From Acidobacteriota bacterium (lineage in GTDB: Bacteria > Acidobacteriota > UBA6911 > RPQK01 > JAJDTT01): DNA of 64,000 bases. Shown here one piece after another: positions 50,614 through 60,558 of the stretch. Under the pieces are notes generated by a model. The model was not told where the DNA came from and searched no databases. It saw only the letters and a list, made by a program, of their open reading frames with translations. The stretch lies in NCBI GenBank assembly GCA_965263035.1, contig OZ253580.1, positions 1,568,001 to 1,632,000 on the forward strand, in the 5' to 3' direction. Position 1 is the stretch's first letter. Each line of letters starts with the position of its first letter. A program made the translations under genes and the position numbers.

Positions 50614-51585
50614 TCAGGAAGTCAGAAGAAGCACCTTGCCTGTGGTCTTCCGCCCCTCCAGCGCCCGATGCGCCGCCTCGGCCTCCGCGAGCGGGTAGGT
50701 CGAACCGATGCGCACTTTCAGATCCCCTTCAGCGTACCACGCAAACAGGTCGTCGGCGCGAGCCATCAACTCTTCTCGGGTGAGCGCGTAATGGTTCAGG
50801 CTCGGACGCGTCAGGAAAAGGGATCCCTTCTGGTTCAAAATCTGGGGATCGAAGGTATCCACGGGTCCGCTGGATTGGCCGAAGAGGACCAGGTAGCCTC
50901 TGGGCCGCAGGCAGTTCAGGCTCCGCTCGAAGGTGGTCTTGGCCACCGAATCGTAAACCACGTGGACTCCCGCCCCGCCGGTCAAGCGTTCCACCTCGAC
51001 CTGGAAATCCTGTTCCGTATAGAGGATCACATGGTCGGCGCCCGCCTGCCGGGCCAGTTCCGCCTTGGCCTCGGTGGAGACCGTCCCGATGACGCTCGCT
51101 CCGAGGAGTTTGGCGACCTGTACCAACAGCAGACCGACGCCGCCGGCGGCCGCGTGGACCAGAGCGGTGTCGCCCTCGCCCAACGGATAGGACCCGTGGG
51201 CCAGATAGTGGGCCGTGAGGCCCTGCACCATGAGGGTGGCCGCCACCGAGGTTTCCATTTCGTCGGGGAGGACCACGAGTTTCGACGCGTCCACCGCCGC
51301 CCGTTGTGCGTAGGAGCCCAGGTTCATGGCGTAGGAGACCCGATCTCCGGCGCGAATCCCCTCCACCCGGGAACCCACTTCGAGAACGGTCCCGGCTCCT
51401 TCCACCCCCGGAGTGAAGGGCACGGGAATCGGATAGTAACCGTACCGATGGTAGGTATCGATGTAGTTGATCCCGGCAACCTCGATCTCCACCAGGGCCT
51501 GGGCCGGACCGATCGCAGGCTCCGGCGTCTCCTCGTACCGGAGGACTTCGGGGCCCCCGTTTTCGTTCACACGGATGGCTTTCAT
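50614..51585 (-). CDS. qor: NADPH:quinone oxidoreductase (zeta-crystallin)
   Basis: [55 protein letters not shown]. Confidence 0.92.
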   Translation of the reverse strand: MKAIRVNENGGPEVLRYEETPEPAIGPAQALVEIEVAGINYIDTYHRYGYYPIPVPFTPGVEGAGTVLEVGSRVEGIRAGDRVSYAMNLGSYAQRAAVDASKLVVLPDEMETSVAATLMVQGLTAHYLAHGSYPLGEGDTALVHAAAGGVGLLLVQVAKLLGASVIGTVSTEAKAELARQAGADHVILYTEQDFQVEVERLTGGAGVHVVYDSVAKTTFERSLNCLRPRGYLVLFGQSSGPVDTFDPQILNQKGSLFLTRPSLNHYALTREELMARADDLFAWYAEGDLKVRIGSTYPLAEAEAAHRALEGRKTTGKVLLLTS

Positions 51586-51773
51586 AGGCTGATCCCAGTC
51601 AACGGCCCGGATTCCCACGGTCGACGGAAACCTCCTTGTCGCGCGGACCGGGCTTTAGTGTAAGCGGGAGTATAGCTTCCGGAGAAAAGCGAGGGAAGGC
51701 GTGGAGTGAGTATCTCGGGGCGGGACCCGGCGAGATCCCGAGTGGGACGGACCAACCCCATTTTCCCAAAAAC

Positions 51774-51820
51774 TCCCTCTCTCACTCCTCATTCCTCTTT
51801 CCTCATTCCTCTTTCCTCGT
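51774..51820. repeat. Pyrimidine-rich heptamer tandem repeat
   Basis: CTCTCACTCCTCATTCCTCTTTCCTCATTCCTCTTTCCTC; a related tract lies on the opposite strand at ~12173-12205. Confidence 0.7.
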
Positions 51821-51829
51821 CTTGGTGTT

Positions 51830-52363
51830 ATGATGCCGAAAAATAAGGTTCGCCAAGCGACTGTAATGAAGGGGATGAAGATGCCAAGAGTGGCCCGGTT
51901 CGTTTTGTTGGTGATGTTTCTGACATTTCCGGCCCTGGGCCAAGATCGCGTCGAAATGTCGTCTCCGGTCATCAGGACGACGGTCGATGACATCATCCTC
52001 TCCGTCGACCTCACCGATTTCTCGGCCGAGAACTCCTACCGGCTCGGATTCGGCACCGCGAAAGGCAAGGTCAAGGCCCGGCTGCAATTGGTCCAGGGCA
52101 CGGAAGACGTGCCCATCCCGCAGATGGATTTCGTCCAAGGTCACACCAGCAGTTGGTGGGAGGTGCCGCAGATATCCGCCCGCGGCTGGAGCTTGAAGGG
52201 AGCGAACCTGCCCAAGGCGGGCGAACGGTTCACCTTCCGGGTGATGATCTCCCGAGCCGACGCCAAGGAAATCACCAAGGTCTACCTCCTCATCTCACGC
52301 AGCTACGGTCCGGAACTGTGGTACCTGGAAGACGGCGTGGAGATGGATCAGTCCATGTGGTGA
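51830..52363 (+). CDS. Hypothetical exported protein
   Basis: Signal-like RVARFVLLVMFLTFPALG; the true start may be a downstream ATG. Confidence 0.65.
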   Translation: MMPKNKVRQATVMKGMKMPRVARFVLLVMFLTFPALGQDRVEMSSPVIRTTVDDIILSVDLTDFSAENSYRLGFGTAKGKVKARLQLVQGTEDVPIPQMDFVQGHTSSWWEVPQISARGWSLKGANLPKAGERFTFRVMISRADAKEITKVYLLISRSYGPELWYLEDGVEMDQSMW

Positions 52364-52424
52364 GCCGATTCCATCCCCGATCGCCGCCCGACCCTGTTTC
52401 TCTTGAATTCCTGAATTTCCTTCG

Positions 52425-55118
52425 ATGCGGACCCTTCTCGACCTGATCCCCCAGCTGCAGGGGCGGGCCGGTGAAGCGGTTCGTTTCGACGACGGTCTCC
52501 GCACCCGCATCCTCTCCTATCCCGACTTGTGGCGCCGCATCGCCTCCTTCGCCTGGCATCTCAGGGAAAGGGGCATCCGGCGGGGAGACCGGCTTCTTCT
52601 CTGGGGAGAGAATGAACCGGAGTGGATCGTCGCATTCTGGAGTTGCGTTTCCCAAGGAGTGCAGGTCGTTCCGGTGGACCCCAGCTCCAGCCCGGCGCTG
52701 GTGGAGCGGATCCAGGACAAGGTCCAGGCGCGCCTGCTGGTGCACGGCCGGGAGGTCCATCCGGAGACCGGCGTGGAACGCCTGTCGTTCCGGGATCTGG
52801 CCGCGCTCAAGACCCAGAGTGAGACGCTCCCTCAGGTCCGGCTGGAACCGGACGACCCGGTGGAGATCGTCTTCACGTCCGGCACCACGGGCTCGCCCAA
52901 GGGGGTCATCCACCGCCACCGGAACATTTGCGCCAACTTGACTCCCTTCGCCCGTGAGATCGCCCGCTACCGGAAATACGCCAGACCGTTCCAGCCCGTC
53001 CGGTTCCTGAATCTCCTGCCCCTGAGCCACATGTTCGGTCAATCCGCCGGACTCTTCATTCCCCTCATCCTGGGGGGCGGCGTGGTGTTCATGTCCGAGC
53101 TCCATCCAGGCGCGATCCTGGACTGCATCCGCCGGCATCGGGTCTCGGTCCTGGTTTCGGTGCCCCGGGTCCTGACCAGCCTGGAGCGGCGGCTGCGCCG
53201 GGGCGTCGAGATTCCCTGGGGGCCGGTGAAGAGGCGTGGGCTGCCGGGAGTGGCCGCCCGTTGGTGGAAGTACCGGCAGGTGCACCGGACGTTGGGCTGG
53301 AAGTTCTGGGCCATCGTGGTGGGCGGGGCCCGGCTGGAGTTGCGGCAGGAAGAGTGGTGGGCCGAACTGGGATACGCGCTGCTTCAGGGGTACGGTCTCA
53401 CCGAGACCAGTCCCGTGGTGGCCGTGAACCACCCGTTTCGACCTCAGCGCGGCGCCCTGGGACGCCCCCTCGCCGGACAGGAGGTCCGGCTGGCTCCGGA
53501 CGGCGAGATCCTGGTCCGGGGGGAGAGCGTCGCCACCCAGTATCTGACTTCCCGGAGCGAGACCACGGACATCCTGGACCAAGGGTGGTTCCGGACCGGC
53601 GACGTGGGCGAGCTGGACGAGACGGGAGTGCTCTACTACAAGGGCCGCAAGAAGGACCTGATCGTGACGGCCGACGGCCTCAACGTCCATCCTCAGGACG
53701 TGGAATCGGTCCTGAACCGGCTTCCCGGCATTCGGGACAGCGTCGTCGTACCCACACCCAGCTCCGTGGGAGACGTGGTCCACGGGGCCCTGATCCCGGC
53801 GGACGGGAAGGTGGACCTGGCTGAGATGGTCCGTCTGGCCAATCAGCGCCTGGAAATCCACCAGCGCGTCAGGAGCTGGTCCGTCTGGCCGGAGGGGGAC
53901 TTCCCGAGAACCCCGTCGACCTGGAAGGTCCGGCGCCATCAGGTGGCCCGCCGGGTCGCCGAAGGGCGCGGGACGCTCCGTCGGGAATCGGTCTCTCCTG
54001 CCCGAGCCGTACTGGCCCAGATCACCGGCCTCGACCCGCGGCAGATTCGCGGGGACCAGCGTCTGGATGTAGACCTGGGACTGTCCTCCCTGGACCGGGT
54101 CGACCTCCTCTCCCGGCTGGAGGACCGCCGGGAACTGGAGCTCGACGAAGAGGGATTGGCCCGCATCAGCACGGTCCAGAAACTGGAGGCAGCCCTGACC
54201 GGTTCGACGCCCGCCGGCCAGCATGCGGCGGAAACAGGAGAAGAACGGAGACCCGACACTTCCATGGCCCGGGACCGGGTCGAGACTCCCCTGCCCTACT
54301 GGACCCGCCGGACGCCTGTCCGCTGGGCGCGGACCGGCCTGAGGGAGGGCTTCATGCTTCCGCTCCTTCGCAACCGGCTTCCCCTGACGGTGACTGGCGC
54401 CGACCTGCTGAAGCGGCTCCGTCCACCGGTGATCTTCGCCGCCAATCACGTCAGCCATCTGGACACGCCGGTGATCCTGGCGGCGTTGCCTCCGTCCTGG
54501 CGCCGGCGGCTGGTCCCGGCCATGGTTCAGGAGTGGTTCCTGCCCCACTTTCGCCCCGACGGGTTCTCGTGGAGGGAGAGACTCTCCGCCAGCCTCCAGT
54601 ACATTCTGGCGTGCGGCTGCTTCAACGCCTACCCCCTCCCCCAGCGGATGGGAGGCATCCGGCGCAGTCTCCGCTATACGGGCGAGCTCCTGGACCACGG
54701 GTTCTGCCCCCTGGTCTTCCCCGAGGGACGGCGGTCTCCCGACGGCGCGCTCGCGAGCTTCCAAGCCGGAATCGGCCTGATGGGCGTGCGGCTGAAGGTC
54801 CCGGTGGTTCCCGTCTACGTAGAGGGACTGTTCAAGGTGTTCCCGGCCGGCAGCCGGTGGCCCAGGAGAGGTCCGGTCTCGGTGACCTTCGGCCGGCCGG
54901 TCCGGCTGGACCCGGGACAGGGATACGCCGAGGGGGCTGAAGAGGTCCGGGGGGCCGTCCGGAAGCTGATTCCGCAAGGAGCGGCGGCTTTCTTGTCGCC
55001 GATCAGGGGGGGGCAAGGGGGGACGGCAAGTCCCCCCTCCTCAGTCCGGAGCAGGCGACAAGAAAGTCGCCCCACCCAGGCGCCCCTGACCCGCGGCCCA
55101 CAAGTAAAGGATGACGAC
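52425..55118 (+). CDS. Acyl-CoA/acyl-ACP synthetase - ACP - PlsC acyltransferase (Aas-like), reading through a REPIN linker
   Basis: FTSGTTGSPKG, GYGLTE, FRTGD; ACP DLGLSSL; PlsC ANHVSHLD and FPEGRRS. Natural end ~54970, then REP-encoded GAAAFLSP with no stop. Confidence 0.85.
54978..55078. repeat. REP family A inverted pair (REPIN-like) inside the fused ORF
   Basis: GGAGCGGCGGCTTTCTTGTCGCC...GGCGACAAGAAAGTCGCCCCACCCA. Confidence 0.85.
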
Positions 55119-56270
55119 ATGCCAAGAGTCCAAGAGTGCACGCACCGAGAGCTTCCCGAGGTCATCGGCCTGGTCGACGACGCTATGCGCCAGGGCATGG
55201 ACCAGACCATGCTGGCCGACTACCCGCTCGTGTACCAGGCCAGCAACCATCCCAACATCCGGGTCATCAAGGTGGACGGTCGGGTCGTGAGCGTGGTTCC
55301 CTTCCTGCTCCGCACCGTCGACGTGGAAGACGTCTCCTTCACCATCGGCATCATCTCGCCGACGGCGACGGCTCCGGAACACCGCCACCGGGGCTACGGA
55401 CTCGCCTGCCTCAGGAGTTGCCTGCGGAGCCTGGAGGAGATGGGATGCGACCTGTCGGTGCTCTGGACCCAGATCGCCACCTTTCCCTTTTACGAACACG
55501 GCGCCTTCGAACCCGTCCGCTACCAGGAATGGATCTATGACTGCACCCGCGAGGACGGCCGCCGTTTCCGGAACCACGGAGAGCGGATTGTGCGTTACGA
55601 CTCGGCTACCGGGGCGTATCTGGACCGGATACGGTCCATGCACCAAGCCGAAGGCTACGGCGTGCGGCGGTCACGGTCCGAGTGGGAGGCACTCATGCAG
55701 CTTCCTCTGATGCACACCCTGGTGGCCGAAGAGGGCGGCACCGCCACCGGTTACCTGATCGTCTCCGATGCCGGTAACAAGCCGGGACTCATCGAAGCGG
55801 GCGGCAGCGTGGAGGCCGTGGAGACCCTGTATTCGCACGCCCTCCGCAAGTTGCCGGCAGGCGGCCAGGTCCAGTCCTACGACCCCCTCTCCGGCTCGGC
55901 GGCGGGGCGCCTGCTGGAGCGGAAACTGCCCGGGCGCCGGCAACTGACCTCCAAATCCATGATGATCCGGATCAACTGTCCCACGGGTCTCCTGCACAAG
56001 ATCCGCCCCTGGCTGGAGCGGCGGTCGGGGTCCCGGCGGGTGGAGTTCTCGATCGGCGTGACCGACGCCGCCGAGCGGATCAGCTTCCGTTCCGCCAGGG
56101 AAGGCCTGATTCTGGGCCGGGAGCGGCTGGAGCGGCACTACGAGTTGTCGAGACGGGAGCTGACGTCGCTGGTCTTCGGCCCGCACCCGGTCCGTGGTGA
56201 AGAGACCACCGGGATCGAAACGCCGCTCTTCCCCTTCTACTTCCCGCTGTGGCAGTTGGATCAGAGTTGA
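55119..56270 (+). CDS. GNAT (Eis-like) acetyltransferase
   Basis: Own RBS (TAAAGGA) and ATG 55119; ATAPEHRHRGYG acetyl-CoA motif, FYEHGAFE; in frame with the upstream Aas-like gene. Confidence 0.78.
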   Translation: MPRVQECTHRELPEVIGLVDDAMRQGMDQTMLADYPLVYQASNHPNIRVIKVDGRVVSVVPFLLRTVDVEDVSFTIGIISPTATAPEHRHRGYGLACLRSCLRSLEEMGCDLSVLWTQIATFPFYEHGAFEPVRYQEWIYDCTREDGRRFRNHGERIVRYDSATGAYLDRIRSMHQAEGYGVRRSRSEWEALMQLPLMHTLVAEEGGTATGYLIVSDAGNKPGLIEAGGSVEAVETLYSHALRKLPAGGQVQSYDPLSGSAAGRLLERKLPGRRQLTSKSMMIRINCPTGLLHKIRPWLERRSGSRRVEFSIGVTDAAERISFRSAREGLILGRERLERHYELSRRELTSLVFGPHPVRGEETTGIETPLFPFYFPLWQLDQS

Positions 56271-56331
56271 TGCCCCGCATTTCCCTCCGGGTCACCGGCA
56301 ATCATCAGTCCTGAGGAAAAGACCCAAAGAT

Positions 56332-57102
56332 TCAAGGAGTAATGGTCCGGGCCAGCCGGATGCCGATACCGAAGGTCCCGCCGGTGGTGTATCCGAGGCG
56401 GTACGCGGAGCGCAGGGACCCGGGGTCGCTGACCAGGGAGCCGCCGCGCATGACGCGCAGGGAACAGTCCCCACGCTCCCACGCCGTTCCGTCCGCCGGC
56501 GCTCCCCGGTAACTCTCGTTCCAGCAGTCCTGCACCCATTCCCACACGTTCCCGTGCACGTCATGCAGGCCCCATCCGTTCGGCCCGAACGATCCCACCG
56601 GCGCCGTCTGCCGATCGTCCCACCGGCTGCCGCAGCCCCGACAGTTCGCCCGGTTGCGGCCGATCCCGTTCCCCCAACTGTATGCCGTTGCCGTCCCCGC
56701 CCGCGCCGCATACTCCCACTCCGCCTCGCTCGGCAGCCGGTACCGCCGTCCCGTCTCAGCCGACAGCCACCTCGTATACGCCACCGCATCCGCCCAAGGC
56801 ACGTTGATCACCGGACGCCGTCCCCGGCCCCAGCCTTCGTCCGCCGCGAACGCCCGGCCTGTCGCTTCCGTGAACCGATCGTATTCCTCGAACGTCACCT
56901 CGTATTTGGACAGCTCGAACGCCTCCACCCTCACCTCATGCACCGGACGCTCCCAGTCAACACAGTCTCGACCCGACACGCACCCCATCCGGAACCGTCC
57001 ACCCGGAATCTCCACCATCTCCGGCTCGTACTGCAGCCGTTCCCGCGCCTGCGGTTGGACACGCTGCCTCCCCCATGCATCCGCCCCGGGGGAGGTCAGC
57101 AT
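56332..57102 (-). CDS. Formylglycine-generating-enzyme-like (FGE-sulfatase/CLec fold) domain protein
   Basis: IPGGRFRMG, ERPVHEV, KYEVT, RLPSEAEWEYAARAG, GLHDVHGNVWEW, RVMRGGS...RSA.R...GIRLAR. Confidence 0.9.
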   Translation of the reverse strand: MLTSPGADAWGRQRVQPQARERLQYEPEMVEIPGGRFRMGCVSGRDCVDWERPVHEVRVEAFELSKYEVTFEEYDRFTEATGRAFAADEGWGRGRRPVINVPWADAVAYTRWLSAETGRRYRLPSEAEWEYAARAGTATAYSWGNGIGRNRANCRGCGSRWDDRQTAPVGSFGPNGWGLHDVHGNVWEWVQDCWNESYRGAPADGTAWERGDCSLRVMRGGSLVSDPGSLRSAYRLGYTTGGTFGIGIRLARTITP

Positions 57103-57276
57103 GAGAATAACGACGACACTGAATATCAGTCCGTGTATCTGGGACTCCTCCGCTTCACGGCCGGTGTGGACAAGGTTTGGGTGCCAATCATCCTACCGGA
57201 CCCGTGCCCGGTATGGATCAGATCTCTGATTGGGGCAGGGAAAGGACAGCGCCCGTTTCGCGGCGCGGCCGGGACG

Positions 57277-58167
57277 TCACTTTCGCTTCAGCTGCCGGGC
57301 GATCTCGGGCAGGCTGGCCAGGACCACGGCGCCGACCACTTCCAGGTTGGGCCCGGAGAGCTTGTCGAGCGTGTCCGTCGGCTTGTGCCAGTGGGCGTAG
57401 TTGAGGTCGATGAGGTCCACGGCGGGGATCCCTGCGCGGAGGAAGGGGAGGTGATCGTCGTCGATGGAGGTGCGTCCCGAGGGCCGGAAGAAACGCGTGT
57501 GGCCCAGCCGCGAGGCTTGGTTCCATATGATCCCGTTCAGCCACGGGGTGGAGTTCCCTTCCCGGAAGATCCGCAGGTCTTTGCCGCCCACCAGGTCCAG
57601 CAGGATCATGGCGCCGACCTGGCGCAAGTTTCCCCGGTCCCGCTCCCGCTTAACGAACTCCCGGCTGCCGTAGAGGCTGTCGGCGGAGCTCCAGTCACCC
57701 AGCGCCTCCTCCCCGTCGAAGAAGACGAACCAGAAGGTGAGACCGGTGGGGTTGTCCTGCGTCAGCACCCGGACCAGCTCCAGGACCAGGCCGCTGCTAG
57801 ACGCGCCGTCGTTGGCCCCCACGAACTCGAAGGTGTCGAAGAACTTGCTGTCGTAGTGGCTGGCCAGGATCAGGACCCGTTCATCGCGGCCGGGGAGTAT
57901 GCCCCGGATGTTGGTCATTCGCAGGCGCCCCCGGGGGGTGACCGGGCGGAAGGTGTGGGTGTCCACCTGGAGGCCAAGGGCTTCCAGGTGCCCGGCGATG
58001 TACTCACCCACCCTCCGCTGGGCCTCGGTTCCGGGGGGATGGGGACCATGGCGTACCATCTCCCGGGTGTGCCGGAGGACCTGAAGGCCGTCGACGCCGG
58101 CTCCCTGGCCGCAGCAGACGGCCAGCGCCAGCGGAGTCAGGAGGCGGATGAAAAGTCCCTTGGACAT
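57277..58167 (-). CDS. M28 family peptidase / glutaminyl cyclase-like exported protein
   Basis: LASHYDSK, GANDGASS, FFDGEE, LLDLVG, DDHLPF, HWHKPTD; possible lipobox LAVC. Confidence 0.88.
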   Translation of the reverse strand: MSKGLFIRLLTPLALAVCCGQGAGVDGLQVLRHTREMVRHGPHPPGTEAQRRVGEYIAGHLEALGLQVDTHTFRPVTPRGRLRMTNIRGILPGRDERVLILASHYDSKFFDTFEFVGANDGASSSGLVLELVRVLTQDNPTGLTFWFVFFDGEEALGDWSSADSLYGSREFVKRERDRGNLRQVGAMILLDLVGGKDLRIFREGNSTPWLNGIIWNQASRLGHTRFFRPSGRTSIDDDHLPFLRAGIPAVDLIDLNYAHWHKPTDTLDKLSGPNLEVVGAVVLASLPEIARQLKRK

Positions 58168-58328
58168 GTTGTCGGGAGATCCGGTGCGAGCACTCGGAGC
58201 GGGCGCTCGCCTTGTGCGATGGAGGACCGGCCGGGCCGGGACGCCAGCCGAACTCCGTGGCGACTTTCGCCACAGGCTGCTATCCTACATTGCTCAATTT
58301 CGTACTATACCCCAGAAAGGAGCCGTTC

Positions 58329-60410
58329 ATGAAGGTCTACGGCAGCAGGGAGATCCGCAACGTCGCCCTGATCGGTCATGGGGACTCCGGCAAGACCACT
58401 CTGGCCAGCGCCATGCTCTACTTGGCCGGAGCGGTGAACCGCCTGGGTCGAGTGGAGGACGGAAACACGGTCACCGACTACGACGAGGACGAGATTGCCC
58501 GGCAGATCACCATCAATACGGCCGTCGCCCACTGCGAGTGGGGATCCAGCAAGATCAACATCATCGACACCCCGGGCTATCCGGCGTTCATCCTGGACGC
58601 CAAGTCCTCCCTGATGGGGGCCGACTCGGCCCTGCTGGTGGTCGATTCCACGGCCGGAGTGGAGGTGCAGTCGGAAAAGGCGTGGGAATTCGCCGAAGAG
58701 CATCGGCTGGCCCGGGCCGTGGTGTTCAACAAGCTGGACCGGGACCGGGCCGGCTTCGCAAGAAGCCTCGAGTCGGTTCACAACTCTTTCGGCAGGACGG
58801 TGGTGCCGGTGCAGATTCCCATGGGTGAGGAGGCGTCCTTCCGCGGGATCATCGACTTGATCGGCGAGAAGGCCTACGTCTACGAAACGGACGGAAGCGG
58901 GAATTTCCAGGAAACGGCCATTCCGGACGAGCTTCAGGAGGAAGCGGCGCAGCGCCGTGAAGAACTGATCGAAATGGTGGCCGAAAGCGACGACGATCTG
59001 ATGGAGAAGTACTTCGAGGAGGGCACCCTGACCCAGAGCGATCTGGTGCAGGGGCTGCGCAGCTTCTTCGTCGACCGGTCCATCGTCCCCGCCTTCTGCG
59101 TGTCGGCCGGAAAGAACATGGGGGTGAAGCAGCTCATGGACGCCATGGTGGAGCTGTTCCCCAATCCCCTGGAAAGGACTCCCGTTCCGGGCCTGACGGT
59201 GGCAACGGAGGAGGAGGTGGAGCTCTCCATCTCTGAGGACGGCCCCGTCACGGCCTACGTCTTCAAGACCCTGGCCGATCCCTTTGCCGGGCGGATCAAT
59301 CTGGTGAAGGCAATCACCGGCACCGTCAAGTCGGACTCGAACCTGCGCAACCGGACCGCCGAATCCAACGAACGCCTGGGTTCGGTCCACATTCCGCAGG
59401 GAAAGAGCTACGAGCCCGTGGCGGAGCTCCGGCCCGGAGACCTGGGCGCGGTGATGAAGCTGAAGAATACGGCCACCGGCGACACCCTCTCGGCACCCAC
59501 GGCCCGCAGCATCGTCCGCAAGGCAGAGTTTCCCGAGCCCGCCATCAGTTTCGCCGTGGAGCCCAAGTCGCGGGGTGACGAAGACAAGATCGGCAACGCC
59601 ATCGCGCGGGTGATCGAAGAGGACCCCTCCATCTCGTTCCGCCGCGACGCCCAGACCAAGCAGTTTCTGCTCTCCGGCACCGGTCAGCTGCACGTGGAAG
59701 TGACGGTGGCCAAGCTGGAACGCAAGTACGGCGTCAACGTCATTTTGAAGCCGCCCAAGGTGCCCTATCGGGAGACCGTCGCCGGAACCGCCGACGTCCA
59801 CGGACGGCACAAGAAACAGACCGGCGGACACGGGCAGTTCGGAGACTGCAAGATCCGGATGGAAGGGCTGCCCCGAGGCTCCGGGTTCGAGTTCAAGAAT
59901 GAGATCTTCGGCGGCTCCATCCCCAGGAATTTCATTCCGGCCGTGGAAAAGGGGGTCGTGGAGTCGGCGGAGAGGGGGTTCGTGGCCGGGTATCCGGTGG
60001 TGGACTTCAAGGTCACCCTCTACGACGGCAGCTACCACGACGTGGACTCCTCGGAGATGGCCTTCAAGATCGCGGGGTCGCTGGCCTTCCGCAAGGCCAT
60101 GGAACAGGCCAAGCCGGTGCTGCTGGAGCCCATCATGAAGGTGGAGGTCTACGTGCCGGAGGAGAACTCGGGAGACATCATGGGCGACCTGAATTCCCGG
60201 CGGGGACGGATCCAGGGCATGGACATCAAGACCGGCATGCAGGTGGTCCATGCCGAAGTCCCGATGGCGGAGATGCTCAACTACGCGCCGACACTGACCT
60301 CCATGACGGGAGGACGGGGCAGCTTCCATATGGAGAAGTCCCACTACGATGTCGTTCCGCCGGACTTCGCCGAAAAGGTGATCGAGGAGGCCAAGCGGGA
60401 CAAGAAGTAG
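58329..60410 (+). CDS. fusA: Elongation factor G paralog (EF-G2-like)
   Basis: IRNVALIGHGDSGKTT, DTPG, NKLD, GTGQLH, YRET, KKQTGGHGQ, DGSYHDVDSSE. Not in a str operon; start ATG 58329. Confidence 0.9.
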   Translation: MKVYGSREIRNVALIGHGDSGKTTLASAMLYLAGAVNRLGRVEDGNTVTDYDEDEIARQITINTAVAHCEWGSSKINIIDTPGYPAFILDAKSSLMGADSALLVVDSTAGVEVQSEKAWEFAEEHRLARAVVFNKLDRDRAGFARSLESVHNSFGRTVVPVQIPMGEEASFRGIIDLIGEKAYVYETDGSGNFQETAIPDELQEEAAQRREELIEMVAESDDDLMEKYFEEGTLTQSDLVQGLRSFFVDRSIVPAFCVSAGKNMGVKQLMDAMVELFPNPLERTPVPGLTVATEEEVELSISEDGPVTAYVFKTLADPFAGRINLVKAITGTVKSDSNLRNRTAESNERLGSVHIPQGKSYEPVAELRPGDLGAVMKLKNTATGDTLSAPTARSIVRKAEFPEPAISFAVEPKSRGDEDKIGNAIARVIEEDPSISFRRDAQTKQFLLSGTGQLHVEVTVAKLERKYGVNVILKPPKVPYRETVAGTADVHGRHKKQTGGHGQFGDCKIRMEGLPRGSGFEFKNEIFGGSIPRNFIPAVEKGVVESAERGFVAGYPVVDFKVTLYDGSYHDVDSSEMAFKIAGSLAFRKAMEQAKPVLLEPIMKVEVYVPEENSGDIMGDLNSRRGRIQGMDIKTGMQVVHAEVPMAEMLNYAPTLTSMTGGRGSFHMEKSHYDVVPPDFAEKVIEEAKRDKK

Positions 60411-60503
60411 TGGGAGCGGCGGCTTTCTTGCCGCCGCACTTCGAATGCAACATAGAGGCATGGAGGGAAATAAGGATGGGCGACAAGAAAATCGCCCCTC
60501 CCA
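60411..60503. repeat. REP family A inverted pair directly after the EF-G stop
   Basis: TGGGAGCGGCGGCTTTCTTGCCGCC (60411-60435) ... GGCGACAAGAAAATCGCCCCTCCCA (60479-60503). Confidence 0.85.
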
Positions 60504-60558
60504 GTCTCTCTCGTAAATTCACCAGGACGCCGGCCGGTTCGCAAGCCCTTCAAACACC

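Noticed and set aside
56332-56460. Complete diversity-generating retroelement
   Set aside because: No reverse transcriptase, Avd or AAC-rich template repeat was found in the window; only a target-like gene is reported.
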